DNA of 64,000 nucleotides from Escherichia coli (GTDB lineage Bacteria; Pseudomonadota; Gammaproteobacteria; Enterobacterales; Enterobacteriaceae): NCBI RefSeq assembly GCF_003790525.1, contig NZ_CP033635.1; one strand, 5' to 3'. Shown piece by piece: positions 37,136 to 52,824 of this stretch (position 1 is its first letter; each line of letters starts with the position of its first letter). The notes under the pieces were generated by a model. It saw only the letters and a program-made list of their open reading frames with translations, ran no database searches and was not told where the DNA came from. The position numbers and the translations under genes were made by a program.

Positions 37136-37252
37136 ATAACCGCAGACAGCGGTTCGTGCGTCACCCTCATGCAGGGTCTTTTCGACGTACGTCAACAATC
37201 ATGAATGTTTCAGCCTTAGTCATTATCGACTTTTGTTCGAGTGGAGTCCGCC

Positions 37253-38656
37253 GTGTCACTTTCGCTTTGGCAGCAGTGTCTTGCCCGATTGCAGGATGAG
37301 TTACCAGCCACAGAATTCAGTATGTGGATACGCCCATTGCAGGCGGAACTGAGCGATAACACGCTGGCCCTGTACGCGCCAAACCGTTTTGTCCTCGATT
37401 GGGTACGGGACAAGTACCTTAATAATATCAATGGACTGCTAACCAGTTTCTGCGGAGCGGATGCCCCACAGCTGCGTTTTGAAGTCGGCACCAAACCGGT
37501 GACGCAAACGCCACAAGCGGCAGTGACGAGCAACGTCGCGGCCCCTGCACAGGTGGCGCAAACGCAGCCGCAACGTGCTGCGCCTTCTACGCGCTCGGGT
37601 TGGGATAACGTCCCGGCTCCGGCAGAACCGACCTATCGTTCTAACGTAAACGTCAAACACACGTTTGATAACTTCGTTGAAGGTAAATCTAACCAACTGG
37701 CGCGCGCGGCGGCTCGCCAGGTGGCAGATAACCCTGGCGGTGCTTATAACCCGTTGTTCCTTTATGGCGGCACGGGTTTGGGTAAAACTCACCTGCTGCA
37801 TGCGGTGGGTAACGGCATTATGGCGCGCAAGCCGAATGCCAAAGTGGTTTATATGCACTCCGAGCGCTTTGTTCAGGACATGGTTAAAGCCCTGCAAAAC
37901 AACGCGATCGAAGAGTTTAAACGCTACTACCGTTCCGTAGATGCACTGCTGATCGACGATATTCAGTTTTTTGCTAATAAAGAACGATCTCAGGAAGAGT
38001 TTTTCCACACCTTCAACGCCCTGCTGGAAGGTAATCAACAGATCATTCTCACCTCCGATCGCTATCCGAAAGAGATCAACGGCGTTGAGGATCGTTTGAA
38101 ATCCCGCTTCGGCTGGGGACTGACTGTGGCGATCGAACCGCCAGAGCTGGAAACCCGCGTGGCGATCCTGATGAAAAAGGCCGACGAAAACGACATTCGT
38201 TTGCCGGGCGAAGTGGCGTTCTTTATCGCCAAGCGTCTACGATCTAACGTACGTGAGCTGGAAGGCGCGCTGAACCGCGTTATTGCTAACGCCAACTTTA
38301 CCGGACGTGCGATCACCATCGACTTCGTGCGTGAGGCGCTGCGCGACTTGCTGGCATTGCAGGAAAAACTGGTCACCATCGACAATATTCAGAAGACGGT
38401 GGCGGAGTACTACAAGATCAAAGTCGCGGATCTCCTTTCCAAGCGTCGATCCCGCTCGGTGGCGCGTCCGCGCCAGATGGCGATGGCGCTGGCAAAAGAA
38501 CTGACTAACCACAGTCTGCCGGAGATTGGCGATGCGTTTGGTGGCCGTGACCACACGACGGTGCTTCATGCCTGCCGTAAGATCGAGCAGCTGCGTGAAG
38601 AGAGCCACGATATCAAAGAAGATTTTTCCAATTTAATCAGAACATTGTCATCGTAA
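37253..38656 (+). CDS. dnaA: Chromosomal replication initiator protein
   Basis: GTG start ([13 protein letters not shown]) within track ORF 37241..38656 gives 467 aa; AAA+ Walker [11 protein letters not shown]. Confidence 0.96.
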
Positions 38657-38660
38657 ACCT

Positions 38661-39760
38661 ATGAAATTTACCGTAGAACGTGAGCATTTATTAAAACCGC
38701 TACAACAGGTGAGCGGGCCGTTAGGTGGTCGTCCTACGCTACCGATTCTCGGTAATCTGCTGTTACAGGTTGCTGACGGTACGTTGTCGCTGACCGGTAC
38801 TGATCTCGAGATGGAAATGGTGGCACGCGTTGCGCTGGTTCAGCCACACGAACCAGGGGCGACGACCGTTCCAGCGCGCAAATTCTTTGATATCTGCCGT
38901 GGTCTGCCTGAAGGCGCAGAAATTGCCGTGCAGCTGGAAGGTGAGCGGATGCTGGTGCGCTCCGGGCGTAGCCGTTTTTCGCTGTCTACCCTGCCAGCGG
39001 CGGATTTCCCGAATCTTGATGACTGGCAGAGCGAAGTCGAATTTACCCTGCCGCAGGCGACGATGAAGCGTCTGATTGAAGCGACCCAGTTTTCTATGGC
39101 GCATCAGGACGTTCGCTATTACTTAAACGGTATGCTGTTCGAAACTGAAGGTGAAGAACTGCGCACCGTGGCGACCGATGGTCACCGTCTGGCGGTCTGT
39201 TCAATGCCAATTGGTCAATCTTTGCCAAGCCATTCGGTGATCGTGCCGCGTAAAGGCGTGATTGAACTGATGCGTATGCTCGACGGCGGCGACAATCCGC
39301 TGCGCGTGCAGATTGGCAGCAACAACATTCGCGCCCACGTTGGCGACTTTATCTTCACCTCGAAACTGGTGGATGGTCGCTTCCCGGATTACCGTCGTGT
39401 TCTGCCGAAGAATCCGGACAAACATCTCGAAGCAGGGTGCGATCTGCTCAAGCAGGCGTTTGCCCGTGCGGCGATCCTCTCTAACGAGAAATTCCGCGGC
39501 GTGCGTCTGTATGTCAGCGAAAATCAGCTGAAAATCACCGCCAATAACCCGGAACAGGAAGAAGCGGAAGAGATCCTCGACGTTACCTATAGCGGTGCGG
39601 AGATGGAAATCGGCTTCAATGTCAGCTATGTGCTGGATGTTCTGAACGCGCTGAAATGCGAAAACGTCCGCATGATGCTGACCGATTCGGTTTCCAGCGT
39701 GCAGATTGAAGATGCCGCATCACAGTCGGCTGCCTATGTTGTCATGCCAATGAGACTGTA

Positions 39761-39761
<1 letters not shown>
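38661..39761 (+). CDS. dnaN: DNA polymerase III beta sliding clamp
   Basis: 366-aa [39 protein letters not shown]... Confidence 0.97.
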
Positions 39762-43277
<3,516 letters not shown>

Positions 43278-43317
43278 TGGCTTTTTGTTGCTGATAAAAT
43301 GACTTAGTCGTCAGTCC

Positions 43318-43346
43318 GGGCGGAGATCATCTCCGCCCTTTTTATT
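43318..43346 (+). terminator. Intrinsic terminator after gyrB
   Basis: Perfect hairpin gggcggagat/atctccgccc followed by tttttatt. Confidence 0.8.
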
Positions 43347-43420
43347 TCTGCAATCCGCAATTATCATCCCGCAGATCTATACTTTTTGGGTCAACACGTA
43401 ACGCTTTACAGGTGATTATC

Positions 43421-43819
43421 ATGGGGCTTTTTGATGACGTTGTCGGTGCCTTTCTGAAAGGCGATGCGGGGAAATATCAGGCCATTTTGAGCTGGGTTGA
43501 GGAGCAGGGCGGCATTCAGGTGCTGCTGGAAAAACTGCAAAGTGGCGGTTTAGGTGACATTCTCTCAACCTGGCTGAGTAATCAACAGGGCAACCAACCA
43601 GTTAGCGGCGAGCAACTGGAATCAGCGCTCGGCACAAATGCGGTGTCCGATCTCGGGCAAAAACTGGGCGTGGATACCAGTACAGCTTCCAGTTTACTGG
43701 CAGAACAATTGCCGAAGATTATTGATGCACTCTCACCGCAAGGTGAAGTGTCAGCACAAGCCAATAACGATCTGCTTTCCGCAGGCATGGAACTGCTGAA
43801 AGGGAAACTCTTCCGCTAA
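43421..43819 (+). CDS. yidB: DUF937-family protein
   Basis: Start at MGLFDDVVGAFLKGDAG (132 aa) within track ORF 43412..43819. Confidence 0.85.
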   Translation: MGLFDDVVGAFLKGDAGKYQAILSWVEEQGGIQVLLEKLQSGGLGDILSTWLSNQQGNQPVSGEQLESALGTNAVSDLGQKLGVDTSTASSLLAEQLPKIIDALSPQGEVSAQANNDLLSAGMELLKGKLFR

Positions 43820-43933
43820 GCAAATGGGGAGCATGCAACCCGCATTGCATCCCCCTTTTCCCTCGGGTGTTGTACTGATTTTTGAGCGGAATCGCGTTAG
43901 CATGGGTCAGGAACCAATCTACCTGGGGAACTC

Positions 43934-44746
43934 ATGGCTATCAAACTCATTGCTATCGATATGGATGGCACCCTTCTGCTGCCCGATCACACCATTTCAC
44001 CCGCCGTTAAAAATGCGATTGCCGCAGCTCGCGCCCGTGGCGTGAATGTCGTGCTGACGACGGGTCGCCCTTATGCAGGTGTTCACAATTACCTGAAAGA
44101 GCTGCATATGGAACAGCCGGGCGACTACTGCATTACTTATAACGGCGCGCTGGTACAGAAGGCCGCTGATGGTAGCACCGTGGCGCAAACCGCTCTCAGC
44201 TATGACGACTACCGTTTCCTGGAAAAACTCTCTCGCGAAGTCGGTTCTCATTTCCACGCCCTGGACCGCACCACGCTGTACACCGCCAACCGAGATATCA
44301 GCTACTACACGGTGCATGAATCTTTCGTTGCCACCATTCCACTGGTGTTCTGCGAAGCGGAGAAAATGGACCCCAATACCCAGTTCCTGAAAGTGATGAT
44401 GATTGATGAACCCGCCATCCTCGACCAGGCCATTGCGCGTATTCCGCAGGAAGTGAAAGAAAAATACACCGTGCTGAAAAGTGCGCCGTACTTCCTCGAA
44501 ATCCTCGATAAACGCGTTAACAAAGGTACGGGTGTGAAATCACTGGCCGACGTGTTAGGTATTAAACCGGAAGAAATCATGGCGATTGGCGATCAGGAAA
44601 ACGACATCGCAATGATTGAATACGCAGGTGTTGGTGTGGCAATGGATAACGCTATTCCTTCGGTGAAAGAAGTGGCGAACTTTGTCACCAAATCCAACCT
44701 GGAAGATGGCGTGGCGTTTGCTATTGAGAAGTATGTGCTGAATTAA
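43934..44746 (+). CDS. yidA: Sugar-phosphate phosphatase (HAD, Cof-type)
   Basis: 270-aa ORF MAIKLIAIDMDGTLL with HAD motif I. Confidence 0.92.
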   Translation: MAIKLIAIDMDGTLLLPDHTISPAVKNAIAAARARGVNVVLTTGRPYAGVHNYLKELHMEQPGDYCITYNGALVQKAADGSTVAQTALSYDDYRFLEKLSREVGSHFHALDRTTLYTANRDISYYTVHESFVATIPLVFCEAEKMDPNTQFLKVMMIDEPAILDQAIARIPQEVKEKYTVLKSAPYFLEILDKRVNKGTGVKSLADVLGIKPEEIMAIGDQENDIAMIEYAGVGVAMDNAIPSVKEVANFVTKSNLEDGVAFAIEKYVLN

Positions 44747-44749
44747 TCA

Positions 44750-44785
44750 GTGGGCGGGCAAACTGCATAAATGCGTTTGCCCGCA
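44750..44785. terminator. Inverted repeat between convergent yidA and yidX (putative bidirectional terminator)
   Basis: gcgggcaaac tgcataaatgc gtttgcccgc, a 10-bp perfect stem; no clear T-run, so moderate confidence. Confidence 0.5.
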
Positions 44786-44789
44786 GCGA

Positions 44790-45446
44790 TTAACAATTTC
44801 TGGTCGTGCATAAAATCAGGAACTGGAGTGGTGACGTTACTATATCCAGCGTAAGAGTGACTGGTAGCAGCGCATTAGCGAGGCCGCGCGGAACGCCATC
44901 AGTTGCTTTGTACTTATAAAATCCCACCGTAAAGGGTTGATGGAAAACCATCACGTTTGAGTAATCCGCTTTTTTATTTTTCTGGTGGATAGAGCCTTTC
45001 AGGCCGTCAAGTGCCCAGGTACAACGCTGGGTATTACAAATAAAACCATATTGTGTCGCCAGTGCTTTATCTTCCTCATTATCCCAGTCGTAATAGAGCG
45101 TTATTGAACCAGAAAAATTAGTATCACTGCTGCTTAAAATAAATTTCGCGTTATCAGAAACGGTGATTCTTTCACCATGGATTGCCGGATCGTTCAGCAT
45201 TTTAACTACCTCATCGCCGCCGGTGGTCAACAGATAGTCCAATGATTCACCAACAAAAACATAGCCTTTCGTACCGTTACTATCTTCTGCCAGCGATAAA
45301 CCCTTAATCGTGTCTGACCGCCATTGCTCGGCATGTGGACGGCTTGCAGTATTGGAAACCAATCCCCAGGTGATACATCCGGTCAACGCAAATGCCAAAG
45401 AACACAAACTGGCAGCCTTGAAAAATCCCTTAAGATTCAACTTCAT
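44790..45446 (-). CDS. yidX: Putative lipoprotein
   Basis: Start at [24 protein letters not shown] (lipobox) within track ORF 44790..45464. Confidence 0.8.
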   Translation of the reverse strand: MKLNLKGFFKAASLCSLAFALTGCITWGLVSNTASRPHAEQWRSDTIKGLSLAEDSNGTKGYVFVGESLDYLLTTGGDEVVKMLNDPAIHGERITVSDNAKFILSSSDTNFSGSITLYYDWDNEEDKALATQYGFICNTQRCTWALDGLKGSIHQKNKKADYSNVMVFHQPFTVGFYKYKATDGVPRGLANALLPVTLTLDIVTSPLQFLILCTTRNC

Positions 45447-45724
45447 GATTAATCCTTTAAACAAGAGTACTAAGCCGTTGAAAGCATACTCTTCTTTCCC
45501 CCCAGTTTAGCGCCTGATCTCCCTTTTCAGATTTTTGCCCGACGTAGAACATTTTCTTATGGATTGTTCTTTTTGTGATCTAAATTGTAGTACAACAATA
45601 TAATTTTGTACTACATTACGCACACGGCAAACGCGAACGTCATCACGCTGGTACTACAAAGTTGCTGCGTTATGCATCGATCTGGGTAAAGTAGAGAAGA
45701 ACATACAGAGCACAAGGACTCTCC

Positions 45725-46414
45725 ATGACTCTCAATAAAACCGATCGCATTGTCATTACGCTGGGTAAACAGATCGTTCACGGCAAATACGTACCAGGCT
45801 CTCCACTTCCGGCTGAGGCGGAGCTCTGTGAAGAGTTTGCAACCTCGCGCAACATCATCCGTGAGGTGTTCCGTTCGCTGATGGCGAAGCGGCTGATTGA
45901 AATGAAACGTTATCGCGGGGCGTTTGTGGCACCGCGTAATCAGTGGAATTACCTCGATACTGACGTGCTGCAATGGGTGCTGGAAAACGACTACGACCCA
46001 CGGCTTATCAGTGCAATGAGCGAAGTGCGAAATCTGGTGGAACCGGCGATTGCCCGTTGGGCGGCAGAGCGCGCGACTTCCAGCGATCTGGCGCAGATTG
46101 AATCAGCGCTGAACGAGATGATTGCCAACAATCAGGACCGCGAAGCGTTTAACGAAGCGGATATTCGCTACCACGAGGCGGTGCTGCAGTCGGTGCATAA
46201 CCCGGTGTTACAGCAACTTAGCATTGCGATCAGTTCGCTGCAGCGGGCGGTTTTTGAACGAACCTGGATGGGCGATGAGGCCAACATGCCGCAAACGCTC
46301 CAGGAACATAAGGCGCTGTTTGATGCGATACGGCATCAGGACGGCGATGCGGCAGAGCAGGCGGCGCTTACCATGATCGCCAGCTCGACACGAAGGTTAA
46401 AGGAAATCACATGA
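45725..46414 (+). CDS. dgoR: GntR/FadR-family repressor of the galactonate operon
   Basis: 229-aa ORF with N-terminal winged HTH; first gene of the dgo cluster. Confidence 0.88.
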   Translation: MTLNKTDRIVITLGKQIVHGKYVPGSPLPAEAELCEEFATSRNIIREVFRSLMAKRLIEMKRYRGAFVAPRNQWNYLDTDVLQWVLENDYDPRLISAMSEVRNLVEPAIARWAAERATSSDLAQIESALNEMIANNQDREAFNEADIRYHEAVLQSVHNPVLQQLSIAISSLQRAVFERTWMGDEANMPQTLQEHKALFDAIRHQDGDAAEQAALTMIASSTRRLKEIT

Positions 46415-47289
46415 CAGCTCGCTACATCGCAATTGACTGGGGATCGACCAATCTGCGCGCCTGGCTTTATCAGGGCGACCACTGCCTGGACAGCAGGCAA
46501 TCAGAAGCAGGTGTCACGCGTCTGAACGGAAAATCTCCAGCTGCGGTGCTAGCGGAAGTGACGACCGACTGGCGTGAAGAGAATACGCCAGTGGTGATGG
46601 CAGGAATGGTCGGCAGCAATGTCGGCTGGAAAGTTGCGCCGTATTTATCTGTTCCTGCCCGTTTTTCATCTATTGGCGAACAATTAACGTCTGTTGGCGA
46701 CAATATCTGGATTATTCCCGGATTATGCATCTCTCATGACGATAACCACAATGTGATGCGCGGCGAAGAAACACAATTGATCGGCGCGCGCACTTTGGCT
46801 CCTTCCTCTCTTTATGTTATGCCCGGAACCCATTGCAAATGGGTGCAGGCCGATAGCCAGCAAATCAACGATTTTCGCACCGTAATGACCGGTGAATTAC
46901 ATCATTTACTGTTAAATCACTCATTGATTGGCGCAGGTTTGCCGCCGCAGGAAAACTCTGCCGATGCCTTCGCGGCTGGCCTTGAGCGTGGCCTTAATGC
47001 GCCCGCCATATTGCCGCAGCTTTTTGAAGTTCGCGCCTCGCATGTGCTGGGAACACTTCTCCGCGAACAGGTCAGTGAATTTCTCTCTGGTTTGTTGATT
47101 GGCGCAGAGGTTGCCAGTATGCGCGACTATGTGACCCATCAACACGCCATCACCCTTGTCGCCGGAACATCGCTGACCGCGCGCTACCAGCAAGCCTTTC
47201 AAGCGATGGGTTGCGACGTGGCGGCGGTAGCGGGCGACACGGCATTTCAGGCTGGTATAAGGAGCATCGCTCATGCAGTGGCAAACTAA
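46411..47289 (+). CDS. dgoK: 2-dehydro-3-deoxygalactonokinase
   Basis: 292-aa ORF MTARYIAIDWGSTNLRAWLYQG...; start overlaps the dgoR stop. Confidence 0.9.
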   Translation: MTARYIAIDWGSTNLRAWLYQGDHCLDSRQSEAGVTRLNGKSPAAVLAEVTTDWREENTPVVMAGMVGSNVGWKVAPYLSVPARFSSIGEQLTSVGDNIWIIPGLCISHDDNHNVMRGEETQLIGARTLAPSSLYVMPGTHCKWVQADSQQINDFRTVMTGELHHLLLNHSLIGAGLPPQENSADAFAAGLERGLNAPAILPQLFEVRASHVLGTLLREQVSEFLSGLLIGAEVASMRDYVTHQHAITLVAGTSLTARYQQAFQAMGCDVAAVAGDTAFQAGIRSIAHAVAN

Positions 47290-47890
47290 ACTCCCGCTGA
47301 TCGCCATTTTGCGCGGCATTACGCCCGACGAGGCGCTGGCGCATGTTGGCGCGGTGATTGACGCCGGGTTCGACGCGGTTGAAATCCCGCTGAATTCCCC
47401 TCAATGGGAGAAAAGCATTCCCGCCATCGTTGATGCATACGGCGATAAGGCGTTGATTGGCGCAGGTACGGTACTGAAACCTGAACAGGTCGATGCACTC
47501 GCCAGGATGGGCTGCCAGCTCATCGTTACGCCCAATATCCATAGTGAAGTGATCCGCCGTGCGGTGGGCTACGGCATGACCGTTTGCCCCGGCTGCGCGA
47601 CGGCGACCGAAGCCTTTACCGCGCTCGAAGCGGGCGCGCAGGCGCTGAAAATATTCCCGTCATCGGCTTTTGGGCCGCAATACATCAAAGCGTTAAAAGC
47701 GGTATTACCGCAGGACATCCCGGTCTTTGCCGTAGGCGGTGTGACGCCAGAAAACCTGGCGCAGTGGATAGACGCAGGTTGTGCAGGGGCGGGCTTAGGC
47801 AGCGATCTCTATCGCGCCGGGCAGTCCGTAGAACGCACCGCGCAGCAGGCAGCAGCATTTGTTAAGGCGTATCGAGAGGCAGTGCAATGA
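47273..47890 (+). CDS. dgoA: 2-dehydro-3-deoxy-6-phosphogalactonate aldolase
   Basis: 205-aa [24 protein letters not shown]... Confidence 0.9.
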
Positions 47891-49035
47891 AAATCACCAA
47901 AATTACCACGTATCGTTTACCTCCCCGCTGGATGTTCCTGAAAATTGAAACCGATGAAGGCGTGGTCGGCTGGGGCGAGCCCGTGATTGAAGGCCGCGCC
48001 CGTACGGTGGAAGCGGCAGTTCACGAGCTGGGTGACTATTTGATTGGTCAGGATCCATCGCGCATCAATGACTTATGGCAAGTGATGTATCGCGCCGGAT
48101 TTTATCGTGGCGGTCCAATCCTGATGAGCGCCATCGCCGGTATCGACCAGGCGTTATGGGATATCAAAGGCAAAGTGCTGAATGCGCCGGTCTGGCAACT
48201 GATGGGCGGCCTGGTTCGCGACAAAATTAAAGCCTACAGTTGGGTCGGCGGCGATCGTCCGGCGGATGTTATCGACGGCATTAAAACGCTACGCGAAATC
48301 GGCTTCGATACCTTCAAACTGAACGGTTGTGAAGAACTGGGGCTAATTGATAACTCCCGCGCGGTAGATGCGGCAGTCAACACCGTGGCACAAATTCGTG
48401 AAGCCTTTGGCAATCAGATTGAGTTTGGTCTTGATTTCCATGGTCGCGTCAGCGCGCCGATGGCGAAAGTGCTGATTAAAGAGCTGGAACCGTATCGTCC
48501 GCTGTTTATTGAAGAGCCGGTGCTGGCGGAACAGGCCGAATACTACCCGAAACTGGCGGCACAAACGCATATTCCACTGGCGGCGGGTGAGCGCATGTTC
48601 TCACGCTTCGATTTTAAACGTGTGCTGGAGGCAGGCGGTATTTCGATTCTGCAACCGGATCTCTCCCACGCAGGCGGTATTACCGAATGCTACAAAATTG
48701 CCGGAATGGCAGAAGCCTATGACGTGACCCTTGCGCCGCACTGTCCGCTCGGACCGATTGCACTGGCGGCTTGCCTGCATATCGACTTTGTTTCCTATAA
48801 CGCCGTCCTTCAGGAACAAAGTATGGGCATTCATTACAACAAAGGCGCGGAGTTACTCGACTTTGTGAAAAACAAAGAGGACTTCAGCATGGTCGGCGGT
48901 TTCTTTAAACCATTAACGAAACCGGGCTTAGGCGTGGAAATCGACGAAGCTAAAGTTATTGAGTTCAGTAAAAATGCCCCGGACTGGCGTAATCCGCTCT
49001 GGCGTCATGAAGATAACAGCGTAGCAGAGTGGTAA
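47887..49035 (+). CDS. dgoD: D-galactonate dehydratase (enolase superfamily)
   Basis: 382-aa [35 protein letters not shown]... Confidence 0.93.
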
Positions 49036-49154
49036 TTCCTGCCACGTAAGCCCCTCATCGGGCACTAAAACAGTAATACAAAAATATAACCCTCTGTAAA
49101 TTACAGGGCATGGTGAGCGGCTTCGCTATGCCCAAAATCTGGAGAAAGCTCGCT

Positions 49155-50447
49155 ATGGATATTCCCGTTAATGCAGCAAAGCCGGGGCGTCGGCGTTATC
49201 TGACGCTGGTGATGATCTTTATTACGGTGGTCATTTGTTATGTTGACCGCGCTAACCTGGCCGTGGCTTCCGCCCATATTCAGGAAGAGTTCGGTATTAC
49301 GAAAGCGGAAATGGGCTATGTATTTTCGGCCTTCGCCTGGCTTTATACGCTATGTCAGATCCCCGGCGGTTGGTTTTTAGATCGCGTAGGTTCACGCGTG
49401 ACTTATTTTATTGCGATATTTGGCTGGTCAGTGGCGACGTTATTCCAGGGCTTTGCCACGGGATTAATGTCATTAATTGGTCTGCGCGCAATAACCGGTA
49501 TTTTCGAAGCGCCCGCTTTCCCGACCAATAACCGGATGGTGACCAGCTGGTTCCCGGAACATGAACGCGCTTCTGCCGTTGGTTTTTATACGTCTGGTCA
49601 GTTTGTCGGTCTGGCGTTTCTGACTCCGCTGCTGATCTGGATTCAGGAGATGTTGAGCTGGCACTGGGTGTTCATTGTCACCGGTGGTATCGGCATTATC
49701 TGGTCGCTGATTTGGTTTAAGGTTTATCAGCCGCCGCGTCTGACCAAAGGCATCAGCAAAGCTGAACTGGATTACATTCGTGATGGCGGCGGTCTGGTGG
49801 ATGGCGATGCGCCGGTGAAGAAAGAGGCGCGTCAGCCGTTAACAGCCAAAGACTGGAAACTGGTGTTCCATCGTAAACTGATCGGCGTCTATCTTGGGCA
49901 ATTTGCGGTGGCTTCTACACTGTGGTTTTTCTTAACCTGGTTCCCGAACTATTTAACCCAGGAAAAAGGAATCACGGCGCTGAAAGCAGGCTTTATGACC
50001 ACGGTGCCATTCCTCGCGGCGTTTGTCGGCGTCCTGCTCTCTGGCTGGGTCGCGGATCTGCTGGTACGTAAGGGCTTTTCACTGGGCTTTGCGCGTAAAA
50101 CGCCGATTATCTGCGGCTTGCTGATCTCCACCTGCATTATGGGCGCTAACTACACTAACGATCCGATGATGATTATGTGCCTGATGGCGCTGGCATTCTT
50201 CGGCAACGGTTTTGCTTCGATTACCTGGTCGCTGGTTTCTTCTCTGGCACCGATGCGCCTGATTGGTTTAACCGGCGGCGTGTTTAACTTTGCCGGTGGT
50301 TTGGGCGGCATCACCGTTCCGCTGGTGGTGGGGTACCTGGCGCAGGGTTACGGTTTCGCGCCTGCACTGGTTTATATCTCCGCCGTCGCGTTGATTGGCG
50401 CGCTCTCTTACATCCTGCTGGTGGGCGATGTGAAGCGCGTTGGCTAA
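49155..50447 (+). CDS. dgoT: D-galactonate MFS transporter
   Basis: Start at [22 protein letters not shown] (430 aa) within track ORF 49110..50447. Confidence 0.9.
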
Positions 50448-51508
50448 TCTTTCAACTGTGGAATATGCGCCACACCACTGCGCATAATCCACTTTCTTAA
50501 AGCCGGTGCGGTCAGGCATCGGCTTTTGACTATCTTGCCATAGAGCTTTAAACGCAGTTTGCGGGTGGCGCGCCAGTAAGCGGTATTGAGCTTTTCTGGC
50601 TGCTTCAGTAACACCGAACGCAGAATCTCTGCGCTATCCAGCGCATAGCTAATCCCCTCCAGCGAGCTGGCGCTGATAAATCCCGCCGCTTCACCAATCA
50701 GAAAGGCATTGTCCTTACCGCAGACAAAATCCTGCCAGCGTGAGGGAAACAGCACCGTGCATTTCTCACTTTTCACCGCTTTGCCAAACTGGAACTGAAA
50801 GGCGCTCATTTTCTCTTTCAGCGTCGCGAAACGCGTCTGACCGTCTTTCATTGGATAGGCACCGCCAAAGATAAAATAACCGTCTTTGCTGATACTCCAT
50901 GAGTAACAGTCAGTTATCGCATTATCAAAGATGCAGGAGTAGAACGGCACCGGATGTTTCTCTGCGAACCACTGCTGGATAGCGACATATTTACGAATTT
51001 GATGATCCGGGTAGAGATGTCGCCGCACCATCGAGTTTGCGCCATCGGCACCGACCAGATAGCGGGCAGTAATATGCTGCTCCCAACCGTCTGCACGAAA
51101 AATGACATGCCATTTATCATCCTCACGCCAGATTTTTCGGCACAGGCTGTCGTGGTAAACCTCAACGCTGGCGGGGATCAGCGATTTCATCCACAAGTCG
51201 AAAGCATGGCGATTAATATTGATATAGCTTCGCTGGTAGTTACGCGTGAGCGATGCGGCGACGTCGACAGTTTTGACGCTGAAAATCTGTGGATTGGCGA
51301 TCACATCGACAGGAAGCGTCAGTCCATCGCGAATAAAAGATCGCTGCGCGTCCGGTGCCAGCAGACCGCCGCAGGGTTTGCTGAAACCTTCAGTACCACA
51401 CTGGTGCTTTTTATCCAGCGCGATCACCTGCATTTTGCTGGCTAACGTTCGTGCCAACACCGACCCTGCCGGGCCGAGGCCAATAATCGCCACGTCGAAA
51501 TGTTCCAT
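50444..51508 (-). CDS. cbrA: FAD-dependent oxidoreductase (colicin E2 tolerance protein)
   Basis: Start at [16 protein letters not shown] (Rossmann GxGxxG) within track ORF 50444..51529; convergent overlap with the dgoT stop. Confidence 0.85.
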
Positions 51509-51572
51509 CTTTTCACTCACATTCATCACGATGGCGAAAGACTATTGTCTGAAAGTGAAGTCCTTGTGAAGT

Positions 51573-52823
51573 ATGATGGCGGGACCCGTTTTGTATCAGG
51601 ACCGCGCCATGAAACAGATAACCTTTGCTCCCCGTAATCACCTGCTCACCAATACCAATACCTGGACGCCCGACAGCCAGTGGCTGGTATTTGACGTGCG
51701 TCCTTCTGGCGCGTCGTTTACCGGCGAGACCATTGAGCGTGTGAATATCCATACCGGCGAGGTCGAGGTTATCTATCGCGCGTCACAGGGCGCGTACGTC
51801 GGCGTGGTGACCGTTCATCCGAAGTCAGAGAAATATGTTTTCATCCACGGCCCGGAAAATCCTGATGAAACATGGTATTACGACTTCCATCATCGGCGTG
51901 GAGTGATTGTTGAAGGCGGCAAGGTGAGCAATCTCGATGCAATGGATATTACCGCGCCGTACACCCCAGGAGCACTGCGCGGCGGCAGCCATGTGCATGT
52001 CTTTAGCCCGAACGGTGAAAGGGTGAGCTTTACCTATAACGACCATGTAATGCATCAACTCGATTCGGCGCTGGATTTGCGAAACGTCGGCGTGGCTGCA
52101 CCGTTTGGCCCGGTCAACGTACAAAAGCAGCATCCGCGTGAATACAGCGGTAGCCACTGGTGCGTGCTGGTGAGTAAAACCACGCCCACGCCGCAGCCTG
52201 GCAGCGATGAAATCAATCGTGCTTATGAAGAAGGATGGGTAGGAAATCACGCGCTGGCGTTTATTGGCGACACACTTTCGCCAAAGGGCGAGAAAGTGCC
52301 GGAGCTATTTATCGTTGAGTTACCGCAAGATGAAGCTGGCTGGAAAGCGGCAGGTGATGCGCCGTTAAGTGGAACGGAAACAACCCTGCCCGCGCCACCG
52401 CGTGGCGTCGTGCAGCGACGTTTAACCTTTACCCACCATCGGGCTTATCCGGGGTTAGTCAACGTCCCGCGCCACTGGGTGCGCTGTAATCCGCAGGGTA
52501 CGCAAATCGCGTTTTTAATGCGTGATGATAACGGCATTGTGCAACTGTGGCTTATCTCGCCACAGGGCGGCGAGCCGCGCCAGTTAACCCATAACAAAAC
52601 GGATATTCAGTCTGCATTTAACTGGCATCCGTCAGGAGAATGGTTGGGCTTTGTGCTGGATAATCGAATTGCTTGCGCCCATGCGCAAAGCGGCGAGGTT
52701 GAGTATTTAACCGAAAACCACGCCAATCCACCTTCTGCGGACGCCGTGGTCTTCTCGCCGGATGGTCAATGGCTGGCGTGGATGGAAGGTGGCCAGCTGT
52801 GGATCACCGAAACTGATCGCTAA
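51573..52823 (+). CDS. yidR: DUF3748-family protein
   Basis: Track ORF of 416 aa (...MKQITFAPRNHLLTNTNTWTPDSQWLVFDVRP...); true start may be an internal Met. Confidence 0.8.
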   Translation: MMAGPVLYQDRAMKQITFAPRNHLLTNTNTWTPDSQWLVFDVRPSGASFTGETIERVNIHTGEVEVIYRASQGAYVGVVTVHPKSEKYVFIHGPENPDETWYYDFHHRRGVIVEGGKVSNLDAMDITAPYTPGALRGGSHVHVFSPNGERVSFTYNDHVMHQLDSALDLRNVGVAAPFGPVNVQKQHPREYSGSHWCVLVSKTTPTPQPGSDEINRAYEEGWVGNHALAFIGDTLSPKGEKVPELFIVELPQDEAGWKAAGDAPLSGTETTLPAPPRGVVQRRLTFTHHRAYPGLVNVPRHWVRCNPQGTQIAFLMRDDNGIVQLWLISPQGGEPRQLTHNKTDIQSAFNWHPSGEWLGFVLDNRIACAHAQSGEVEYLTENHANPPSADAVVFSPDGQWLAWMEGGQLWITETDR

Positions 52824-52824
52824 A

